From: Spironucleus salmonicida | Taxonomy: Eukaryota | Reading direction: 5' to 3' | Length of the DNA stretch: 64,000 nt | Assembly: GCF_000497125.1 (NCBI RefSeq) | Contig: NC_090596.1 | Span: 1,674,001-1,738,000 of the forward strand | Shown: positions 53,928 through 64,000 of the stretch, one piece after another | Layout: each line of letters starts with the position of its first letter | Position numbering within the stretch: position 1 is the first letter of the stretch | Position numbers and translations under genes: made by a program | The notes under the pieces: generated by a model | What the model was told of the DNA's origin: nothing | The model's database searches: none | The model's input: only the letters and a program-made list of their open reading frames with translations

Positions 53928-54419
53928 ATGAATGATTTATCGCCTGTTTTTTATACGTTTTAACCAGCGAATACACTAAGAAAGTTGTAGATATAACTTT
54001 GGATTTAAAAACTAATTTAATTTACCCATGATAATAAATAATTAGTAGTTACTATGAATTCTGAAATTTTTAGAAATGAAAAATTATAACGTACGGCGGA
54101 ACCACGATTAATTAAATCTATTTTTAATCATTTTATATAGAATTAGTTAGGTGTTAAGATAGATAATGGTATATAAATATAACTTTTATCTATATAAGAA
54201 GGATATGTAATTTTACAAAAATTGTTAAATTATTAAGGTCGGTAAAATGATATATTAGATTATTCTGAAATTTAAGAACTAATTTAAGATTCATAGTTAT
54301 CATTATTAGGCGAATATTATATTTTATAAGTCATTCAGTAGTTTATTTCTAATAAAAGATGTGAAAAAATAATAATTGATTAACAAGCTGCTTATAAATT
54401 TTGTGACATCCTAAAATGA
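53928..54419 (+). CDS. VPS25: ESCRT-II subunit VPS25 (163 aa)
   Basis: SPVFYTFQP...QIQLW...IFRNEKLQR...AYKF matches the Vps25 PPFFTLQP...W...FNN.KLQR...GVKF pattern. Confidence 0.85.
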
Positions 54420-54472
54420 ATATAATTTATTTTTCTAATATATTAATTATATTTTATAATTTCACTTCTAAA

Positions 54473-57367
54473 ATGAAAGCGTTTTAATTTAAAGAAGAAT
54501 TTATAGCTGAGGATTTAAAAGTTTAATTTTATCAACATAATACTAACAATGCTAAATTTTATAAAGTATATGATTCTTATATTACAAAAGATTGTACTTT
54601 TTCTATATCGTTTTTTACTCCATCTTAAAATTCTAAAGGTATTTAGCATATTATTGAACATTCTGTTCTATGCGGTTCATAAAAGTATTAGTTGAAAGAA
54701 CCATTTACTACACTATTATAAACTTCATTTTAAACATATTTGAATGCAGGGACTTATTCAGAGCATACTGAATATCCAGTGTCATCAAGAAATGTAAAAG
54801 ACTTTTATAATTTAGTTGATGTCTACTTAGACGCTGTTTTTCATCCATTACTGTTATAAAATCCAGATATATTTTATTAAGAAGGTTTCCATTAAGAAAT
54901 AATTGATAATAAAGTTATCAATTCGGGAGTAGTTTATAATGAGATGAAGGCCGGATATTCTGACCCATAACAATTAGGTATTACGAAATTGAGGTAAATA
55001 TTGTTTCAAGATATGCATTTATAACATGATAGTGGAGGAGATCCTGAATAAATAGTTTAGTTAACATTCTAGGAACTAGTTAGTTATTATAGCAGATATT
55101 ATACTCCAGATAATGCAATTATAGTTATTCATGGTCCAACTTAGCTTTAAGATGATTTAAAATTATTAAATATATTTTTTTAAGAATTATTGCCATCAAA
55201 TGTTAATTTTTTATAGGATATCTAATAGTTAAATCTAGTATTTTAAAATGAATCTGAACAAATTTAGGAATTTGCTTCATAAGATCCTGATGCATAAGCT
55301 TACTAGATTATTGGTAGTCATTTATGTAATGTCGATGAACTTTCCCCATTATAAATATAGATATTTAATTTAATTAAATATCTCTTATTTGAAAGTGAAA
55401 CATCTCCTGTAATAGAATATTTTTAATCTGAATAGCTTGCTGATAGTGTAGAAGGTAGTTTTGTTTTCGAGGAATTTTATGGATATTTATACATTGTGTT
55501 GTAAGGTGTGGATGGAGAGTCAGATATCTCACTAAAAAATCATTTAATATCTATTATATAATAATGTATCGGATAATAAGAAGGAAAATATTTTAACTAT
55601 ATTTCTAAAGACATTTTATTATCTGCTATAAAATATTTAAAATTTGTATAATAAGATAGATAGGAAGAATATGGAGTGGAATTATGTGCAAATATTACTT
55701 CTGCCATATTATATAACTTAAGCCCAATATATTATTTAAATTAATCTTACCTGCTGAATGAGTTAGAAAAACTTAATACTACAGGTTAGTTGTTAATATA
55801 AGTTAAAAATTATATTTAATAGTATTTAGTCAATAATTAAATAACTACTTTACTTTTTAGACCATCTTAGTAAATGTATATTTAAAAATCTATTTAGCAT
55901 GATAATTATCAAAAGTAGATATTAAGTGAAGAATATTTAAAGGAAATTAATTTATAGACATCATAGTTTAAACATTATTAATCATAAAAAGATTCTGAGT
56001 AAGAATTAGATAAATTGCCTTAATTATAAATAGAAGAGATAGGGATAGAAAACATGAAATAAGATCTATAAAATAGCATGTTCAAATTAATTTCTTAAGA
56101 TTTAATTTTTATTAATAATAATGATAACTAGATTATTACATAAGACCTTTACTTTAATATTTCTAACTATAGTAATATAGACAACCTTTTGCAATGGAAG
56201 CTTCTAACATTTTTCTATTTTAATCTCATCACTGAATAATATTCATCCAGAAAATAGTTATAATTGATTCTAGACTCTACTTTAGGAGATTATGAATGTA
56301 ACCTTTAATATTAGGATCATCATGATCGAAATTCCGTATAGATTTACTTTAATTTGTAAATTAAATTTTTAAAGCAATCTAAAGAGGAAGCAAATACACT
56401 TTTAATGCATATAATTAGCTCTTTGTAGTATTCTATGGTTCATGATAGAGTAAAAATGTTGTCTATTTTATAAGATTATAGGTCTTAGTTTGAATCCGGA
56501 CTACAAGGTGAAGATGGTTATGATATATCAAAGAATTCCTCCTAGTCTAAATTTTCTAAAGCAAGTTAGTTATCATCATACACAGACGGTATACCAATGT
56601 ATGAATATCTATAAGCTTTAGATTATGAAGACGATGATGAAATTAGCAATTTTTTTTAATAGTTAGATAAGCTTTAATAAATTCTATTAACACTTAAACC
56701 GCTAATAATAGTTGGTTGTGCATCTTAATACTTTGAATAATCTAATTTAAAATAAATTATTGCAAAGTAATAATTTGGTATGTAATAATGCTTATCAGAT
56801 GAGATTATTTAGTTTGAATTTAATCCTATTAAATATATTTCGACATCAATAGATATCAATTATGTATCTGTGACATATGGATTATAAAAATATAATGGAT
56901 TTTGGATATTATTAGAACATATAATGAATAATACAATTCTTTGGGATGAAATGAGAGTAAAAAGAGGAGCATATGGATGTTCTATATAATCAAGTAGGAC
57001 ACATAGTACATTTAGTACTTATAGAGATCCCAATATACTTGAGACTATATCATTTTTTAAGGATATTTTAACATAAAAATAGTAGCTTGGTGAAATACTT
57101 ACAAATAAAAAGTTGAAAAAATTAAAAATTGGATGTTTCGCTGGATTATAATTACCATCAACATCATCATAATTATATAATGTTATAAAGCGGTACTATT
57201 TTAATAAACGAACATATAATTTTACGTGTACAATTTTTGATGAAATTTAAAAGTGTACAAAAGAAGATATTTTTGAAGCATTTGACTACCTAACTAAGTA
57301 ACACAGTCAAGCAGTATTCGGAACTTCACAAATTAATGATATTTTCCCTAATGCATAAGTAATTTGA
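54473..57367 (+). CDS. M16C metallopeptidase, presequence protease/falcilysin-like (964 aa)
   Basis: HIIEHSVLCGS (HxxEH), YLNAGT, VYLDAVFHP, GVVYNEMK, SGGDP, RVKRGAYG and TYRDP. Confidence 0.95.
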
Positions 57368-57902
57368 TATGATTTACACATTTTAGTTATATTTTTAATA
57401 TTATATACATATGATATTATTTAAAAATAGTAAATATAATATTATTAGTCAAATTAGGTAGTATATATAATGATTGAATCAATTAGATATGTTAGCGATT
57501 TTAATGCTAACAAATTTGAAACTAAACCAAATTATATAATATTTTTGTTACAAAGTCCAATATTTAATATTAGAGGCTTGCATCCACAAATTATTATCAA
57601 TTGAAAAGTATTAAAATATATTGAACCTAAGACGGTGCAAATGAATATTTTACCTGTTTAAGATACTATTTATAACTAGTATATGATATTAATCTTTATA
57701 TTCTAGATTATCACTTTATCTGAAGGAATTTATAGAAATAACATTAGTGGTAAAGTGAACGCATTTTAGGTTTAGATAATATTTTAATTAGTTTGTACTA
57801 TTAGTAAATAATTAATATAAAATCTGTTTTTATACAATCTTCATATGCATTAAATTAATAATATACTACCTAATGATATACTAATTTATTCCGCTTCAAA
57901 AT

Positions 57903-58979
57903 ATGAGCATTTAAGCTTCTCTTTAAAAATCTTTAAATAAAACTGCTAAAAACATAGAACAATCATAATTACATTTTTCCTCACTTAATCTTAACTAAGC
58001 TATAAAATAGTAAGTATCTAAATGGAATCAAGACTGCAAGTATGCAGAAAAGATTGACTAAAATTTATAATAGTTAGATAAGGAAATATTGCAATAATAA
58101 TCTAGAGCTAATTAGCCAGATCATTTATCTATGGTTATGACCTCTTATCCTGATATTTAATAATAGTAATAATTAACTAAAGACAATTTTGAAACTGAAT
58201 TATCAAGATAATATTAAACTTTAAATGATAAATATCAGACCTAAGAAATAAAAGTGTCTTAAGAAATTGCCAAGTCTCAACAAACTTAAGAAATGGCCAA
58301 TATTCAAATTAAAGAATTTGTTACTTTTATTAGTTAATAACTTCAATAATAAATTTAAACCCTGTATGATAATTCATTTATCAATAAGCTCATGGATCCT
58401 AAAATAATCCTGAAACTCAAGAATACAATCTAGTAAATTTCTGTCAACTATGAAAATATAACTTCCTAAAGGAAATTAATATATGAACAATATAATATTT
58501 ATGAAAAAGAATTGGTTTAAGAAAATATATAATAACAAACCCCTTAAATAAGATCTCTGGCTAAAATGATGGAGTTGTAAAATAAATATTAACTTTTACT
58601 TATATAAAATTAAGCATATCTTACTAGAAATAATGCTTTAGAAGAAGAAAGAACATAATTACTTAGAAAAATTACTTAACTAGAAGATTATAATAAACAT
58701 AAAGGGACATTTACTGAATAAATCATATTAGCTTCTCAGTAAAATGGAATAAATGACTGTTTAAAGTGTAAGTATATCGATTCTATAGTTGAGGAAAACT
58801 AGAGGTTAAGATAATAATTAAATGATTCTGTTATAACTTAGTAAAATATGAAGTCTACAATTGTTGATTTATAAAATTCTTTATTTTAAAATGTTAATAA
58901 GTCATAAGTGCTAAGCCTTCATCATGATGTTGACGATGTAGAAGAGTTGTTAGCTACTGCTAGATCATAATTATAATGA
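57903..58979 (+). CDS. Gln-rich coiled-coil protein (358 aa)
   Basis: MSIQASLQKS...ATARSQLQ-TGA. Confidence 0.7.
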
Positions 58980-59053
58980 CCTATATTTTGAATATTTCAC
59001 ATATATTATATATAATTTAACATAAATTTTTAACCACTCCATATAATCCGCAA

Positions 59054-59761
59054 ATGTCATAGCCTGTTAAAGAATCACTCATTAAGTATGATCCACCTCT
59101 CCAGGCTGCTGCTGCAAAAGAAAAATAGAAAAAAGCTCGTGCAGTTTAAGCTGCCGGTTAAGGTAAAAACTCTACTGCTGCTGCAGAGGATATTTTAAAC
59201 TCTTTATTATTACCTCGTGCCTTTGAGCAAGATGGGGAACAGTGGGTTTAGTTTGTATCATCACAACCAGCCACTCGTCTAGATGTATTAAATTTATAGG
59301 AAAAGCTAGATTAATAGCTCAAAGTGCGTTAAGCAAGAGAAATGGGTCTTTGCCCTATCCGTGAAGATATCTATGCATAATGTTTTGATGAGCTGATTAG
59401 ATAAGTCGCTGTAAATTGTATTGAACGCGGTGTGTTACTTACTAGAGTAAGAGATGAAATGCGTATGACAATCGCTGCATATTAAACTCTGTATGAATCC
59501 GCTGTTGCTTTTGGTATTAGGAAAACTCTTTTAGCAGAATAGGGTAAGACTGAGATGACGACTCGAATCAAAGAACTTGAAGAGGAAAATGAACGTATCA
59601 AGCGTTAGTTGGCTGAGCATAAAGCAAGATTAGATGCGGCTGAAAGAACAGAGGCCGAAAGAAGAGCTCTTGATGAAAAGAGACACGCTGAGGAAGTTGT
59701 ATTCCTCAAGAAATAAGTAATATAACTTAAATCATAGTTGGAAAATATTCTCAGTGTCTGA
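59054..59761 (+). CDS. DNALI1: Axonemal inner-arm dynein light chain p28 (235 aa)
   Basis: SLIKYDPP, PATRLDV and RQAREMGLCPIREDIYAQCFDELIRQVAVNCIERGVLL. Confidence 0.97.
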
Positions 59762-59798
59762 AAGATTATAAAATTATATTATATAAAATGTATAAAAT

Positions 59799-60950
59799 AT
59801 GTCCTTTCACCATTCCTTCATGTTTAGTCGTCGTCGTCGCCCTTAGAGGAAAAGAAAGAATGTTGTAGTTAAGGATCCAGAAACCTTTTTCATTGATATT
59901 GAGGAAAGTTTTGAGCTTATGGAACCCGAAGATGTTTTCCATGAACTTTCTATTGATAATACTTTCCGTTAAAACGTAGTTCCATATTTAGATCAGTTTT
60001 GTGAAAGATGTTTTTGTGGAAGATATGGCCTTATTGCAGGTGATCGTTTATCAGATCCTCCCCTTGAATCATCATTTTTGGGTTGTAAAGAGGAGAAACT
60101 AAATACTTGGTTAGAGGAATTTGGTAAGCTTTGCCATTCATTTACTACTATTAAAAATAAAATGGATGCTATATTACCTAAATTTTTGTAGTCAGCTCTA
60201 TCTCTTCCTGACGAAATTCAGTAAAGAGTATTCAAAATTTCTGCTAAAATAGTATCTATGAAGATCTACAACAAATCACATTCTTAAGATTTCTATCTTA
60301 CTGCTCTTTTTATTATGCCACATTATGAATAAATTATAGCTAAAGCACTAAATACTTTAAAGAATGAGCTAAACGAATAAGAAATATTTACGTTTTGTTT
60401 GTAATATGAATTTGTTAAAACATTAGAGAACTAAGAACATGAAATTATATTTTAAGAATGTGATTGGTTCAAGATTGAGTACGAAAAATATCAATATCAA
60501 ACAATGATTGATAACCAAGTTATAAAGGTTGCATAACTAATCAAAGACGTCAATTTTGAACATTTTGAAGAAGAATTAGAAAACGTTAAAGATATATGCA
60601 AAGAATAGTTCTTATAAGTTGTCTAAAAAGCAATTTTTGTAATTCTAGGATAATTAAATAAACAAAACTTTAGCACAGACATTGATACCTTATTTGTTAA
60701 AATAATACCTTATATCTAATAATTAGTGTAGACCGTACCTCAATAAGCAGAGTTTATGGATGTTATCCAAAATTAATGTTACCAAAACCCATCGCTCCAT
60801 GACAATTTTAAATAAATTTTATTGCTATTTTATAAGAACTAAATCATTGACGGGAGAGTCATTATCGCATGGTTCGATAGAGCCGATGGCAAAGGTAAAA
60901 AGTCTTTCACGTAACAAATCAATCAGTTTTGTTCCTGGCTAAAAGAGTGA
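59799..60950 (+). CDS. BZW / eIF5-mimic protein (5MP) with W2 domain (383 aa)
   Basis: N-terminal RKRK...DPETF and C-terminal FKQILLLFYKNQIIDGRVIIAWF...KGKKSFTQQINQFCSWLKE. Confidence 0.85.
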
Positions 60951-60962
60951 AGTTTCAATTTA

Positions 60963-61922
60963 TCATTTCATGACGACTTTTCCTCCGCCTTGCTGCTAAC
61001 CCATTCCCATCTAGTTTTACATTTTCTTGGCTGCTTTAGCTTTTTCTTTCTTCTAGATGCTCTCTAACTTAGTCTAAATAGCTTTTCTGTCAGATTCTCT
61101 CAAGCTCTTACTCTATAATTTGCGTTCTAATCCAGCAATTTTCTTAGCAAAATTCTCCCCAGCTGCAATTTATTATTATTAAGACTTCTGCTACGAAAGA
61201 TACTTCTTAGCAATCAACGTATTTTTATCTATCTGCTTTTGCTGGTCCAATGTAGTTTGTAGTTCAATAAGCTTTTTGGCAACCTCAAAAACACTAGCCA
61301 AAACCTTCTCGGTGTGCTAAATCGCACACTAAACAGTCAATTCCCCGTTCGCGTAAATAACAAAATCGGCGTTTTCGATTTTCAAGTTTTGAGCCAAACT
61401 GGGGTAAGACTCATACGTCTAAAATGGCACTATCTGCTGCTTTGAGGGCTGGAACCAGCAGAGCTAAGATGAAAAAGCACTTTTAGCGGCCGAAACCTTA
61501 TTTTAGGAAATGAGTGCACCGTAAAGATTTTGAGTTAATGGGACCGTAACGAGCTAGATAGTTGAGGTAGGCTCAATAAAAAGTGCATAATCGAGCAATT
61601 TCTGAATCAAATTTGAACTGGAGGGAAATTATGAGATCATTCTAAAGCTTCTATATGAGGATTTTTAACCAAAGTTAGTACCCGCTGTTCTGTAGAGGTT
61701 AGCGGTAAGTTTTAAAGGCGTGCTGCTTGTAAGCTTGAAATGAGTGGCTACGTGGGAATCCAAGGCTGCGCTGATTGGGTAAAATTAGGTTTTGTATGAT
61801 CTACGGCAAAGAATAGAAAATATTATCGACAGAATATAAATTGTAGAAGTTAGTTAAAATTATTTATCAGTTAAAATAATAACAAGTAGCTGGTTAAAGA
61901 ATATTGTAGCTTCAGCAAGCAT
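60963..61922 (-). CDS. CCDC47 / DUF1682-like ER membrane protein (319 aa)
   Basis: N-terminal hydrophobic segments, an alpha/beta core and a basic coiled-coil tail ending KKEKAKAAKKMQ...KVVMK. Confidence 0.6.
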
Positions 61923-62004
61923 TTAAGTATTAAGGAAAGAAGTTAGTAATTTATTTATTTAGTATTATACTTTATATATATTTTAAATTTAATTTTTTTA
62001 ATTA

Positions 62005-63285
62005 ATGAAATAAAAGTATATTGTACGGAAAGCTTAGCTTATGTTGAAAGATTAAGTTATTAGAGAGTTTCTCTATGATATTATAGAATCAAATACGTAA
62101 TAGAAAATATTAGCGTTTCCATAATCATTTTTTAGATAAAATCTAACATTTTATCAAATGAAGAGAGATTTCTAAAGTTTTATGAAGCTTAACTAATAAT
62201 TTTAGTACCAAAATACATAATTGCTTTATTTACTAATTACACCGTTTGCTGAATCAGTTTGTCCTCATTATTATTCGAAAGCTATATTTTTTTGTAAGGA
62301 TTGCGAAAATTATTCACCATGTAAGATTTGTCATGAAATTTAATATGATCATAAACTTATTTGTGATCATATAGTATGTGTTTAATGCTAAATGAAACAA
62401 AATATTAGTTAGAAGTGTATTTCATGTAATATTTAATTTGGTGAATATATGTGTGATAAATGTGGGATCCTAGATCTATTCACTAGCGAAACAAAGCCTG
62501 GGTTTCATTGTGATTAATGTGGAACATGCTTATTAGGTTATACGGAAGATTTTATACATTGCAACACGTGCAAGTTTTGTAGACTAAAAGAACATATATG
62601 TGTTGATTTTTAATGTTTTCTCTGTTTAGAAGATTTAAGTAGTAGTCAATAAGGAGCTATAAAGCTCAATTGTGGACATTTTATCCATAAAAATTGTAAA
62701 TAAAGAATGTTAAAAAGCAACTAATTCACTTGTGGTATCTGTAGAAAATTAATGTTAAGTAAACAGTAATAGATAATTTATAATAATGCTATGAGAGATA
62801 AATACTAATAAGAACCAATCTCTTAATTACTTCTTAAAAAATTCTTCTGGTACCAATGTAATGAATGTAGTAGAGAATTTATAGCAATTCAACATCCCAT
62901 AGGAGCTATGTGTTGTAATTGTATTAGTTTTAATACATCAATAAAATAAATATGTGACGATGCTCTTAACTGCGATTAAATATACCAAGAGTAAATTAAA
63001 GAAATTCTAATATAAAACGAATGTGTCCTTCAAAATAATGTCAGTGATCTATAATACTATGAATAACTATTACCTAAACTTTTTAGTGCTGAAATCTTGA
63101 AAAACTATGGTGAATGTAATGAAAATCAAATATTTCAATACATACTTATTGAGCTCTGTTTAAATGAAATAGACGAGGAAGAATTGATTAATTAACTAGA
63201 AGTGGTGGTATAAGAATATCAAAACAAGATGACAATTTAAGAAGTAAGTCTAAAACTCTTAGAATACAATAGTAATATTTAGTGA
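62005..63285 (+). CDS. CHY zinc finger / RING-H2 E3 ligase, PIRH2-like (426 aa)
   Basis: CPHY, CKDC..PCKICH, FHCDQCGTC, a RING CFLC...CGHFIHKNC...CGIC and a zinc ribbon CNEC...CCNCISFNT. Confidence 0.92.
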
Positions 63286-63298
63286 AGTACATTTCATA

Positions 63299-64000
63299 TC
63301 ATTTCCTTTCAAGTTATTCATATCGGCCATACATACCCATGAAATAAGCACACATAGTTTAGAACTAGCTATTATAATTTACTCTAAATCCTAGAATAAC
63401 GTCATTTTCACTAAGTCCAAATTCATATAGATCGAAAACTTATTCTTTAGGGCCTTCAACATCAAAAGTAATAGGTTTTAGAACTAGTTTTTCATCTGCT
63501 GTCTCAGTCCGCTTTTTCAAAATAATATTAATTTACTAAGGTACAGAGGTTCTACCATTCTGAAGAGTCTTAGAATAAGGATGTCCAACAACAAAATACC
63601 TTGGCATCGCAGGGAACTTCAATGAGACTTCGAAGAAAGCTTAATTGACTGTAGGGTAGCAATTTCCAGGGTGATAGTTTCGCATAAACATAACATGCTT
63701 TTTATTTCTCTATAGAGCCTTACCAATTGATTTCTAAATTCTAGTTACGTCTCTGGGATCAGCATTAAGTAGAGTAAAGTTATCAGCTATTTGATCAACT
63801 AACGAAACTGTATTAACATTCATATTTTCAAACTACTTTTCTGCTTTGGTTAGGAATACTTGGATTGAATTGAAATATTATTCTAACTTTAAAATCTTGT
63901 CCTTATTCATATCTTAATTTTTAGTAAGTGAGTCTAAATTCTTTTAAAGATTCTGGAAATCTTCCTTAAAATCACCTAGATTCTACATATGGTCAATAAC
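63299..64000 (-). CDS. C-terminal SUN (Sad1/UNC-84) domain protein, 3' part only
   Basis: Coiled coil, NFA, then HPGNCYP...FEVSL...FVVGHP...GRTSVP...FRVNYNS...MCAYFMGMYG. Confidence 0.8.

Noticed and set aside
53590-53929. + strand ORF with T-TGA-FKC, a UxxC selenoprotein-like motif
   Set aside because: No thioredoxin-like context, and the region is better explained by a minus-strand coiled-coil gene (53672-53857) with a typical AGTGA end.
1367-60942. Most short ORFs in the supplied track, and the idea that the region is pseudogenised
   Set aside because: The track treats TAA/TAG as stops. Under table 6 the genes are intact and the short ORFs are fragments, off-frame or antisense.

Overview
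AT-rich, very gene-dense eukaryotic DNA read with a non-standard nuclear code: TAA/TAG = Gln and TGA is the only stop (translation table 6). The supplied standard-code ORF track is therefore mostly fragments and artefacts. Re-read in this code, the window holds about 45 apparently intronless genes with tiny spacers. The code, gene content and A[G/A]TGA gene ends point to a hexamitid diplomonad such as Spironucleus (inference). Recognisable products include long-chain acyl-CoA synthetase, UTP15, UTP14, two DHHC palmitoyltransferases, NEK-like and CLK kinases, prolidase, kinesin-9, DRG GTPase, ankyrin, Myb, a cysteine-rich membrane protein, YbaK, an MRS2-like transporter, MORN and SHIPPO-repeat proteins, a clamp-loader-like ATPase, VPS25, PreP, dynein p28, BZW/5MP, CCDC47-like, PIRH2-like and a SUN-domain protein. 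The highlight is a selenocysteine tRNA (anticodon UCA) at 33652-33736, which means the only stop codon is also a sense codon. There is also one reading frame split by a single in-frame TGA (27060-27770) and a near-perfect 10 x 45-nt coding minisatellite. All product calls come from hand translation and motif recognition; no searches were run, and some long ORFs were only spot-checked for internal TGA.
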